Source of the DNA: an uncultured virus (IMG/VR IMGVR_UViG_3300005253_002810)
Lineage: Duplodnaviria > Heunggongvirae > Uroviricota > Caudoviricetes
DNA length: 64,000 nt
Virus record (IMG/VR): IMGVR_UViG_3300005253_002810
Direction: 5' to 3' (one strand)
This document shows positions 30,768-39,788 of the stretch, in pieces. Below the pieces are notes generated by a model. It made no database searches, was not told the DNA's origin, and was given only the letters and a program-made list of their open reading frames with translations. Each line of letters begins with the position of its first letter. The first letter of the stretch is position 1. Position numbers and translations under genes: made by a program.

Positions 30768-32893
30768 AAATTGAGATCTTACCTAATGAGTTAAAAAAAT
30801 ATACAGTATCTTCTAAATCTTGTGTTTTTCAAAAAGACGGTATAAGAATTGGCCCGAGATTTGGAAGAATTACTTTCGACTTATCTGAAATAAATGCTAC
30901 TAAATGTGATTTACATTTTAAAAGGATATCAGGTGATGGTAAGACAACAATTAAGTCGGAAAATACAATTGATGCAATAGTGGTGTCAAAAGTATCTCAA
31001 ACTTTCAGCATCCATATAAGAAATGAAGTTTATATAACTCGCGAGATTGGTAAAGGAGAAGTTGTTCTATCTAGTATAACGGCTCATTCTAATAAAGAAG
31101 AAAATATGCCTAATTGGAGAGAAATCATAAAACGGTGTAGCAAGTATAAATGCATTAGAATGGTTGGTGGACAACTATTTGCTAGCTCTGGCGGGTTTAT
31201 AGAGGATAACAATACTATAAAGAAGATTTCGACCAATCCGCCCGGTATGTTCACTCGTGAGGAAAATAGAATTAAATTTCTAGGCTCTTGCGAAATTTTA
31301 GACATACATATGGGCGGTAAAGATCCAATCTCTGTGTCATCCCCATATGCTCACCGAGAAAAACCAGGCCCCAATATTTCAACCTCTGTAGAGCGGCCGG
31401 TTAATTCAATCAAAATTGCCAATGTGCCTAATCAGATTCCGTTCCCGCTTCCTACGCAACAGGATCAGTCTCAAATGAACAACAGTATAGTATTTAACTC
31501 CACGGCACTAAATGCGTTTGCAAAATTTGGTCAGATTAAAAATAAACTTGTTAAACCTATACGCAGTAACAATAAAAACTATCTACTTATTAGAAAGGGT
31601 GCGCGCTGCTCATTATCACTCTCTGAAATACAGGACAATTCTGAATATATTGTTGTAATTAAAGCTAAGAAGCTTAATGGGAATGGTAAATTGTGGCTTA
31701 CATTTGCCTCTAAAGAAAATGATTTCACTGATAGAGTTGGAGCCGTACTTAGTGGCAATATAAGTAATAAGTATATTACGTTAAGAACGAAAACGTGTAA
31801 ATATGGGCAGTTTCATAAGCTTAATATATCAATGGAAGATACTTGCTCTGGAGAAGTTCTAATAGAAGAAATACTTATTGTTGAAAATATAGGCATTACG
31901 CGAACAAAGGGCCTTATAGAGTATGGGTTTAGCACTGCAGAGGCCCGGGATATTCCACCGTCATTATCATTTGGGCTTTCACTTAACCTAGACGATGATA
32001 CATTTGATCCGATTTATCAGGGGGCAAAAAGTTTTGCCAAATATGTCCCGATAAAAACAACAGAGACAGTGGATACGATCTCTGGAAGTGTGGCCACAAC
32101 TACAATATCTGGGATGAGCTGGTTAAATAAGGTTAGCCCTATATTTCCAGAGCTTAGAGTTATAAAGAACACGAATGCGATAGGTGGCGAAACCTTAATG
32201 ATTGGCAGGATGGGATCGTTGCTGCCGGCCAAGCGTATATGGGTTGATGCTTTTTTTGAGAAGGAAGCTATTGATAGCGATTTGGCGGTTTTAAGGAGTG
32301 CTGCGCAAATTTTTAGTCCGTCATTGTTAAATGTTGATCTGCTAAAATCAAAACTTCCTAATGTCAAAGTAGATCTGTGTACCAGGCCGGTCCCGTATAT
32401 AACGCCAAAATCAGTTCCATATTTTGAAAACAAAGAATTCGCATTATGTTTTCATAGAGGCCATGAGTCAACGTATCGAATCATAAAGGCCTGGAATCCT
32501 CAGCTTCCCAAAATGGCGCTAGTCGGAGCCAGAGGGGGCTTCCCCGACACTGTAATACCTGTTAATGAATATATGCCCTATGAAAATCTATTATTCTTAA
32601 TTTCCAAATGCAAGTTCATAATAGACATACCTACATATAGAAACTATAATTCCGCATTTTTGGATTTGGCACATCATATGGGCGTACCAATTATAAGTTC
32701 AAACTGGTTTGTCATTGATAAGGATAATTGTATTTTCCTGCCACCTGTTGAAGACATTGGGAAGCTGAAATCTCCAACTACGGAGGCAATCATAGATGGT
32801 GCAAATAGGGCTAATAATATGCCCAGGAAGAATGCCAGGACAGATCAATATAAAGCGAAGTTTATAGCAAGTTCTGCTAGATTATTTATTTAA
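30764..32893 (+). CDS. Multidomain protein: repeated beta-rich N-terminal modules plus degenerate GT-B-like C-terminus
   Basis: Internal similarity KRISGDGK...GEVVLSSI vs KKLNGNGK...GEVLIEEI. C-terminal YENLLFLISKCKFII...AFLDLAHHMGVPIISS is GT-B-like. Confidence 0.5.
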   Translation: MKIEILPNELKKYTVSSKSCVFQKDGIRIGPRFGRITFDLSEINATKCDLHFKRISGDGKTTIKSENTIDAIVVSKVSQTFSIHIRNEVYITREIGKGEVVLSSITAHSNKEENMPNWREIIKRCSKYKCIRMVGGQLFASSGGFIEDNNTIKKISTNPPGMFTREENRIKFLGSCEILDIHMGGKDPISVSSPYAHREKPGPNISTSVERPVNSIKIANVPNQIPFPLPTQQDQSQMNNSIVFNSTALNAFAKFGQIKNKLVKPIRSNNKNYLLIRKGARCSLSLSEIQDNSEYIVVIKAKKLNGNGKLWLTFASKENDFTDRVGAVLSGNISNKYITLRTKTCKYGQFHKLNISMEDTCSGEVLIEEILIVENIGITRTKGLIEYGFSTAEARDIPPSLSFGLSLNLDDDTFDPIYQGAKSFAKYVPIKTTETVDTISGSVATTTISGMSWLNKVSPIFPELRVIKNTNAIGGETLMIGRMGSLLPAKRIWVDAFFEKEAIDSDLAVLRSAAQIFSPSLLNVDLLKSKLPNVKVDLCTRPVPYITPKSVPYFENKEFALCFHRGHESTYRIIKAWNPQLPKMALVGARGGFPDTVIPVNEYMPYENLLFLISKCKFIIDIPTYRNYNSAFLDLAHHMGVPIISSNWFVIDKDNCIFLPPVEDIGKLKSPTTEAIIDGANRANNMPRKNARTDQYKAKFIASSARLFI

Positions 32894-33824
32894 TATCGCT
32901 GTGAAACTTATTGATAATTTTCTCGTAACCAACTTTAAACGAGGAAAGTTGTTGTAATTTTTGTGTTCTGAATATTTGGCCTCGTATATCGCCTACCCAG
33001 TTTTTGTATCTTTCTTCTGTGAATCCCTCGATACGACCGATTAATCCTTTTTCATTAATTCTGAATTTCCTACCAGTTTTCTGCACATAGTCCCTTAGGT
33101 CTATGTAGGAATGCTTCGGGAACTTGTGGTCATCTATATTATAGCAGCCCATATAGATAGGTATGGTCCCGGCGCGCCATACATCGGGGAGTTTCTCTGT
33201 GAAGTATCCATGTGTGTAAATTGGGTCATGAGAGTTCTCTGTGCAAATGGAGAATTTTGCCTTTCTTAGGACATCATGTTTTGATTTGGCGTTACCGCGA
33301 AAATATGGCCTTTTAATTGGCATTTGACCATACCAAGACACTTTATACTTGGACTTTTTATGCAGCAAGTCTGCTAATTGTAAGCGCAAAGAGTATAGTT
33401 CTGAATGGTGTCTTGATGACTTATTATTTGCAACAAATACGATTTCATCCGTTTTTTTATTCCATTCCACCCAGCTTTCCGCCAATTTCTCCGCTGACGG
33501 GAAGTGGTGATAAGATGGGTGATTCATGGCAACGACCTTGTTTTTCGATTTGGGAAAAGCCTTGGTAGCCCAAGAGAAAATGTATTTGAATTTTGAAACA
33601 AATTTGGGGTCATAGTCTCTATCTAATACACAATAGGGTTCAACAACCCATATACTATCGTGTGGTTTCGGTTTTCTTATTGAGTACCAACCCATTCCTA
33701 TATTTATTTTATTAGGGTCATATTTGGGGCTACGCCAAATCTCTCCTTTTTCATTTTCGAAAACTTTAGTCACAGGGCCGGTTTGTGGCGAATATACTAT
33801 GTTTATTATTGCTTTATTTGGCAT
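32886..33824 (-). CDS. Alpha-1,3/4-fucosyltransferase-like (GT10)
   Basis: GT10 signature KFSICTENS...GYFTEKLPDVWRAGTIPIYMG. The only convincing minus-strand gene in the window. Confidence 0.85.
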   Translation of the reverse strand: MPNKAIINIVYSPQTGPVTKVFENEKGEIWRSPKYDPNKINIGMGWYSIRKPKPHDSIWVVEPYCVLDRDYDPKFVSKFKYIFSWATKAFPKSKNKVVAMNHPSYHHFPSAEKLAESWVEWNKKTDEIVFVANNKSSRHHSELYSLRLQLADLLHKKSKYKVSWYGQMPIKRPYFRGNAKSKHDVLRKAKFSICTENSHDPIYTHGYFTEKLPDVWRAGTIPIYMGCYNIDDHKFPKHSYIDLRDYVQKTGRKFRINEKGLIGRIEGFTEERYKNWVGDIRGQIFRTQKLQQLSSFKVGYEKIINKFHSDIK

Positions 33825-33864
33825 GTTTTGCTCATAATTGTTATATAACGAGAATGGCGAGGCA

Positions 33865-34614
33865 ATGAATATGAAAAAGATGGTTGTACTGGTTCCGAGC
33901 TATAAAAATAGCCTTTGGTATGAGAGAAATCTTTCATCTATCATATCACAGGATTATGATAATTTTACAGTTGTTTACGTAGACGACTGCTCGCCAGATA
34001 ATACCGGAGATCTTGTTGCAAAATATATAGCCAAACATAATCAGCAAGACAGGGTAAAATTGATACGCAATTCAGAACGCAAAGGTGCCTTGTGTAATCT
34101 ATACGATATGATCCATGATTGTGACGACGACGATATAGTGGTCACATTAGATGGTGATGATTGGTTTGCTAATGCTGTAGTGTTAAAAACAATAAACGAA
34201 GTTTACCAGAACAATGACGTTTGGATGACTTATGGAAGCTATCAAGATTGTCCAGGCATGACACGCGGGTGTTGTAAGCCATATGAAAATCAAATTATAA
34301 ACGCTAACTTGTTTAGAAACGTACCATGGAGAGCAAGTCATCCTAGAACTTTTTATGCTTGGCTTTTCAAAAAGATCAAGAAAGAGGATTTTTATGACCC
34401 AAATGGCAAATGGCTAGATATGGCTTGGGATTTATCTTTTATGATGCCAATGCTAGAGATGTCTGGGAGTAGGCATAAATATGTGCATAGCATATTGTAT
34501 TCTTATAACAATGAAAATCCAATTTCAGACTACAAAGTAAATCAAGCCAGACAAGGTGCGCTTGATAGGTGGATTCGTTCAAAACCCAAATATAATAAAA
34601 TAGATCAGGCTTAA
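33865..34614 (+). CDS. Glycosyltransferase family 2
   Basis: VLVPSYKN, VDDCSPDNT, TLDGDDW motifs. Confidence 0.9.
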   Translation: MNMKKMVVLVPSYKNSLWYERNLSSIISQDYDNFTVVYVDDCSPDNTGDLVAKYIAKHNQQDRVKLIRNSERKGALCNLYDMIHDCDDDDIVVTLDGDDWFANAVVLKTINEVYQNNDVWMTYGSYQDCPGMTRGCCKPYENQIINANLFRNVPWRASHPRTFYAWLFKKIKKEDFYDPNGKWLDMAWDLSFMMPMLEMSGSRHKYVHSILYSYNNENPISDYKVNQARQGALDRWIRSKPKYNKIDQA

Positions 34615-34653
34615 TAGTATTGAAAGAAAATACAATAGATTTTTGGAGACTAT

Positions 34654-35385
34654 ATGACTGTTACATTTATAGAGTTAGGCGATAAGGGGCAATTAGGTAA
34701 TCAATTATTTCAAATAAGTAGCGTAATAGGCTCTGCTTTGTACCATAATGATGATTGGATACTGCCCAAATGGTTGTATTTTAATTACTTCAATATTCCT
34801 GCTAATTACTTTTCTAATGAAATACATATAAATAGGATACATAACGAATTATGTTTTCATTATGCAGGCATACCCAGTTTTAAAGGTGAAGTGGTTAGTT
34901 TAAGTGGTTATTATCAAGCATCTAAATATTGGCAAGATTATGCGAATGTAGTATTGAAATTACTAATGCCTAAACGGTTAGGGAGCTATAAAGATTATAC
35001 AGCAATACACGTTAGACGAACAGACTATCTAATTCACACAGAATGTTACAGTATACTGGATATGCATAACTATTATGAGAAAGCTATGATGGCGTGTCCA
35101 AGCAAAAATTATCTAATATTTTCAGATGATCTTGATTGGTGTAAAAAACACTTTGTGGGGAATGAATTCAGTTTTTCTGAAGAGAGACATCCAGCAATTG
35201 ATTTAGGCAACATGATAGGCTGTAAAAATAACATTATAGCTAATTCCTCATTTTCTTGGTGGGCAGCCTGGTTAAATAAAACACCAGATAAGAAAATAGT
35301 TGCTCCGGTCACATGGTTTGGGCCTAAATTGTCATTAACACATGATACAAAAGATCTTTTACCGAAAGAGTGGATTAAAGTATGA
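34654..35385 (+). CDS. Alpha-1,2-fucosyltransferase-like (GT11)
   Basis: GQLGNQLFQ, GYYQ, IHVRRTDY, IFSDD, IIANSSFSWWAAWL are the canonical GT11 motifs. Confidence 0.92.
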   Translation: MTVTFIELGDKGQLGNQLFQISSVIGSALYHNDDWILPKWLYFNYFNIPANYFSNEIHINRIHNELCFHYAGIPSFKGEVVSLSGYYQASKYWQDYANVVLKLLMPKRLGSYKDYTAIHVRRTDYLIHTECYSILDMHNYYEKAMMACPSKNYLIFSDDLDWCKKHFVGNEFSFSEERHPAIDLGNMIGCKNNIIANSSFSWWAAWLNKTPDKKIVAPVTWFGPKLSLTHDTKDLLPKEWIKV

Positions 35386-35483
35386 AAGAATTAGCGGAAA
35401 AGTTTAACATCTCGCCCGGAACCGTCAGATCCATTAAAAGGGGAGACACATGATCTCATGTGAAAATCATAAAGGAGGTATAA
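35382..35483 (+). pseudogene. Remnant C-terminal helix-turn-helix of an HNH-type homing endonuclease
   Basis: Reads MKELAEKFNISPGTVRSIKRGDT*SHVKII, with TGA where the familiar tail motif G.TW.HV has Trp. Confidence 0.6.
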
Positions 35484-35486
35484 AAC

Positions 35487-36474
35487 ATGGTTAAGGTTTT
35501 ATTTTTGCCCCTTAACTATGGATGAAGGTGATGTCATCCAAAAGGGCGTATATGATGCTTTTCGCGAAGCTGGTTGTGACTTAGAGGTATTTGATTACTT
35601 TGCTATTTATCAAAACAACAAGATGCGCATACATACGGTACGGCAGCAGTTCTATAATAAAGCTCTCGAATATAAGCCAGATCTAATACATATGCAAATA
35701 CAGCATACTAGAGTGATTGATAACCGTATTGTATCTAAAATAAAGCGCGCACTTCCAAAAACTATCATAACAAATTGGACTGGTGATGTTAGAAATGCTG
35801 TACCCAATACGTTTAAAAACATTGCCAATGTAGCTGATTATAACTTTATATCCTCTACAGGTCAGCTCGAAATGTTTAAGAGAGAAATCAAAAAGGATGT
35901 TAAATACTTGCAAATTGGATATGATCCAAAGCTTTATTATCCAGGCACAGTGCTTAAATCAAATTTTGAATGGGATTGTATTTTTATTGCCAATAACAAT
36001 ACCAAAGAGGGCTATCCCGGCCGAACTGCCAGGACACAGACATGTAGCGGTTTAAGATCGGTATTTGGAGATAGATTTGCCCTATTTGGTAATGGGTGGC
36101 CGAAGGGGTTTAAATCCAAAGGATCTATAGATCAAAAAAGAGCAGCATCCGCCTATCATAAAAGTGTATGCGCCGTTAGTGTCAGTCATTATAATGATTT
36201 GGATCATTATTTTTCAGATAGGCTCTTAATGTGTATGGCATCTGGTCGTCCTACCATTTCCCTTAAATTCCCTAAATGGGAATCTTACTTCACAAATAAC
36301 TGCGATTTGGTAATGGCTGACTCGGTTGATGATATAGCTAATAAAGTTAGATACTTAAAACAAAACCCAGAGTTGGCGAGCTATATTGGCAAATCTGGTG
36401 CAGAAAAAGTTCTAGCAGAACACACTTACACCAGCAGGATTAACGATCTTTTAAGCATAATTGGTCTTAAATAA
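35487..36474 (+). CDS. CgeB-like glycosyltransferase (GT-B), apparent +1 frameshift near the 5' end
   Basis: AAGGAGG RBS precedes ATG 35487 (MVKVLFLPLNYG*); the main frame continues from 35518. YFSDRLLMCMASG and AEHTYTSRI are typical of CgeB/Glyco_trans_1_2 proteins. Confidence 0.75.
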
Positions 36475-37085
36475 TGGATGAAGATGCACATTATCAGACT
36501 GTAATGAGATGGTATAAGGCCGATCGAGAGCAGAATCTTAGGCTGGCTTACCCGCTTACAGAAGATAGCGTAGTATTTGATCTTGGCGCCTATGATGGTG
36601 CTTGGTCTAAAGAAATACATTGTAGGTATAAATGTACCGTCCACGCATTTGAGCCCGTTAGTTCATGTTACAAGAAAGCCGCTGCAAATCTCCGAGATAT
36701 TAGGAAAATACATCTACATACCTATGCATTAAAAAGTTTTAACGGGACAGCTGATATTTTTGTTGATAAAGATGGTTCCAGTTTCCATAATATAACAAGC
36801 TCTAAAGAGACTGTAGAGGTGAAATCAGTTGTTGACGTTATTAAAGAGCTGAAAATTGATTTTATAGATTTGATTAAACTTAACATAGAGGCAGATGAGT
36901 ATGAGGTTTTGGAGGCCCTGATTGCCGAAAACATGTTAGCTATGTTTGGAAGTTTGCAGATACAGTTTCATAGAGATATACCAAACTATAAAGCTAGGCG
37001 ACAAAAGATATATGATCAATTATTAAAAACTCACAAAAGAGATTACAATTTTGATTTTGTGTGGGAGGGCTGGTCAAAGGCATAA
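36474..37085 (+). CDS. FkbM-family methyltransferase
   Basis: VFDLGAYDG, HAFEP, IDLIKLNIEADEYEVL, LQIQFH motifs. Confidence 0.9.
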   Translation: MDEDAHYQTVMRWYKADREQNLRLAYPLTEDSVVFDLGAYDGAWSKEIHCRYKCTVHAFEPVSSCYKKAAANLRDIRKIHLHTYALKSFNGTADIFVDKDGSSFHNITSSKETVEVKSVVDVIKELKIDFIDLIKLNIEADEYEVLEALIAENMLAMFGSLQIQFHRDIPNYKARRQKIYDQLLKTHKRDYNFDFVWEGWSKA

Positions 37086-37087
37086 TT

Positions 37088-37879
37088 ATGGAAATCCCTT
37101 TCACATTTGGCATCATAACATACGCTGATGAAGGCGTAAATGATCACCTATTAAAAGCTATTGAGTCAATTAGAGTGCTAAAGATACCAGAATATGAAAT
37201 TCTTATAGTTGGGCATAAGGGCAAATTAGATGCACACCCCAAAACATCTGAAAAGAATAAAGATGTACGTATTATAAATTTTGATGATACTATTAGGCCC
37301 AAATGGATTACTAAAAAGAAAAACCTAATAACAAAGCACGCTAAGTATAATAATATAGTTTATCAACATGACTATATTACTTTTGATAAGAATTGGTATA
37401 ATGGATTTAAGAAGTTTGGAACTGAATGGCATGTTTGTATGAATAAGATACAAAATAATGATGGAACTAGATATAGAGACTGGGTTCTATTTCCATACCA
37501 TTTGGTGTGGCATAGGCCTAAAACCAAGAACCTATGGGACTATGTTGGTATTAAAAACAACCGATCCATGTTGCCATATGACGAGAAGAGATTTACAAAA
37601 TGGCAGTATATATCTGGCGCCTATTGGGTGGCTAAAAAGATTGTGATGCAGGAGTTTCCGTTAGATGAAAAGCTGCTTTGGGGGCAAGGAGAAGACTGTG
37701 TATGGTCATTAGAGGTTATGAAAAGATATAACTTTACAATGAATCAACACTCTACCGTTCATCTTCTTAAATTTCATAACCCGGCATTTAGCCCTCTTAC
37801 ACCTGAGTGTTATAAAAAGCTAGACGAATATTGGAAGAAAAACATAACAGGAAAAAATGATAAAGGCAATCCTATATGA
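37088..37879 (+). CDS. GT-A-fold (GT2-like) glycosyltransferase
   Basis: FTFGIIT, WITKKKN, YQHDY, ISGAYW, WGQGEDCVWS motifs. Confidence 0.7.
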   Translation: MEIPFTFGIITYADEGVNDHLLKAIESIRVLKIPEYEILIVGHKGKLDAHPKTSEKNKDVRIINFDDTIRPKWITKKKNLITKHAKYNNIVYQHDYITFDKNWYNGFKKFGTEWHVCMNKIQNNDGTRYRDWVLFPYHLVWHRPKTKNLWDYVGIKNNRSMLPYDEKRFTKWQYISGAYWVAKKIVMQEFPLDEKLLWGQGEDCVWSLEVMKRYNFTMNQHSTVHLLKFHNPAFSPLTPECYKKLDEYWKKNITGKNDKGNPI

Positions 37880-38480
37880 TTTAGATGGCGTATTGGTTGA
37901 GGCAAGAGAGTGGCACTATGTGTCTCTGAATAGAGCTTTGGAAGAAATAGCTGGCACTACGATAAACCGCGAAGAACATGAAGGCGATTTTAATGGCTTA
38001 CCGACCAGAAGGAAGCTTGCTAAACTTGTTTCACTGGGCAGGGTTAAAAGCGAAGATCGCGACAGAATATGGAGCAAAAAACAAGACCTTACAAAGGATA
38101 CCATACGTGAGTTAGGAAAATACGACAAGGTAAAGGAAAGGCTACATCATTTTACGGCAAACAGCGGCTTTGTATCTGTTTGTGTAACAAATAGCATAAC
38201 TGAAACCGCTGAATTGATGTTAAAATATACCGGGCAATTGGATTACATGAAATTTTTCATCTCCAATCAGATGGTTACGCACCCAAAGCCCAGTAGTGAG
38301 CCTTATATTGTAGCAATGGTGCGGCTGGGACTAGAGCCAAGTGAATGTATAATTGTAGAAGATTCTGAGGTTGGAATGCAATCTGCCGTGCCAACGGGCG
38401 CGCCCATATGGGGTGTAAATAATTGCGCAGATGTTACCGAAGAGAGTTTTATGGAATTTATGAAGAACAGGGCAAAATGA
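37857..38480 (+). CDS. HAD-family phosphatase
   Basis: DLDGVL motif I, VTNS motif II, KPSSEPY, VEDS motif IV. Confidence 0.9.
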   Translation: MIKAILYDLDGVLVEAREWHYVSLNRALEEIAGTTINREEHEGDFNGLPTRRKLAKLVSLGRVKSEDRDRIWSKKQDLTKDTIRELGKYDKVKERLHHFTANSGFVSVCVTNSITETAELMLKYTGQLDYMKFFISNQMVTHPKPSSEPYIVAMVRLGLEPSECIIVEDSEVGMQSAVPTGAPIWGVNNCADVTEESFMEFMKNRAK

Positions 38481-39046
38481 GCATAAGCAAAGAGCTATTA
38501 GAGGAATTTTCTTCATATTCTCCTGTATTTATTGAAACGGGCACCTTGAATGGTGAAAACGTTAAGAGGGCCATGTCTGCTGGGTTCAATAAAGCATATT
38601 CAATTGAACTAAGCGAGATTATGTTTAAAATGGCACGGCGTAATTTGCAGAATGTACAGAATGTAACGCTGATAAATGGTGATTCTGGTGCTGAGCTAGT
38701 TAAGTTGCTTAAAAATATAAATAAGAAATGTGTATTCTGGTTAGATGCCCATTATAGCGGTGGAGATACAGCGGGGCATAGACAGGTTCCACCACTTCTT
38801 AAAGAGCTTAATGCTATTGCGCAGCATCATATTAAAAATCATCTCATATTAATAGATGATGTTAGAATATTCAAAAATGCGCCAAATGATCTGGATGTTA
38901 CTAAGTATGCCAGATATAGGCAATCTGACAGTCTAAGCTGGGCAAATATTATGTCCGGTCTTTATAAAATAAATCCTGAATATAAATTGCGTTTAGAAAC
39001 TGGCTTTGCTGAAAACGATATCTTAATAGCAACACCCGGAGAGTAA
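38477..39046 (+). CDS. Class I SAM-dependent methyltransferase-like protein
   Basis: FIETGT, SIEL, GDS, FWLDAHYSG, ILIDD motifs. Confidence 0.7.
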   Translation: MSISKELLEEFSSYSPVFIETGTLNGENVKRAMSAGFNKAYSIELSEIMFKMARRNLQNVQNVTLINGDSGAELVKLLKNINKKCVFWLDAHYSGGDTAGHRQVPPLLKELNAIAQHHIKNHLILIDDVRIFKNAPNDLDVTKYARYRQSDSLSWANIMSGLYKINPEYKLRLETGFAENDILIATPGE

Positions 39047-39050
39047 GTTA

Positions 39051-39788
39051 ATGGATACAAAAACTTTAGCAAAAATATTGAATAAAGACATTTTGCCCAC
39101 ACTTACAGATTTTAAGGGTGGTCAGCTTGTTTTCTGGGAAGTTTTCAAACAGAATGAGATAATTGGCACTCCGATAAAGAACGTTCTGGAGCTTGGCATT
39201 ATGACATTGAAGAATGGTGCCCCACCAGACTTGCCGGGACAGTCAACAAAAACGCTAATGGTATTATGTGATTATTATGAAGCTAACAAGTATATCTCGT
39301 TAGATATTGATGATTGTATGGATACCATTCAAAGATGTGCTAGATGGGCCGGCGGGCGAGGTGTTAAGGTAAGCGGTCATCGATTTATAAAGTCTAATAG
39401 CATACATTTTGATGTCAAAAAAGAATTTCCAAATGGTGCAGATTTAATATTCTTAGATACCAATCATGATGATAGCTATCCAACAAAAAAATTGCGTCAT
39501 CGCCCACAGGGGCACGCCGATTCGGGTGGAGCCGGGATGACATACAAAGAGATATGTTACTATGCTCCGCACCTTACCAGGAATGGCAGGTTGTTTCTTC
39601 ATGATACAAGGAATCGCTACGCTGTTAAGAGCTATGGTGTTAATACAGATGGGGCTATAGAAAAATTCCTAGATCATCATCCAGAATTTCTTTTCAAGGA
39701 GCACGCCCCTAATAATAATGGCCTTGGAGAGATCTATCACAAAGACTCTGAAGTTGCAACACTTTATAGGAGAAAACATAATGGTTAA
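39051..39788 (+). CDS. Class I SAM-dependent methyltransferase (Methyltransf_24-like)
   Basis: VLELGI, SLDID, DLIFLDTNH, GRLFLHDT motifs. Confidence 0.75.
   Translation: MDTKTLAKILNKDILPTLTDFKGGQLVFWEVFKQNEIIGTPIKNVLELGIMTLKNGAPPDLPGQSTKTLMVLCDYYEANKYISLDIDDCMDTIQRCARWAGGRGVKVSGHRFIKSNSIHFDVKKEFPNGADLIFLDTNHDDSYPTKKLRHRPQGHADSGGAGMTYKEICYYAPHLTRNGRLFLHDTRNRYAVKSYGVNTDGAIEKFLDHHPEFLFKEHAPNNNGLGEIYHKDSEVATLYRRKHNG

Noticed and set aside
35451..35453. TGA at an expected Trp position, suggesting stop-codon reassignment
   Set aside because: Other genes end in TGA with ATGA overlaps and all long genes read through under the standard code, so this is a nonsense mutation in a remnant.
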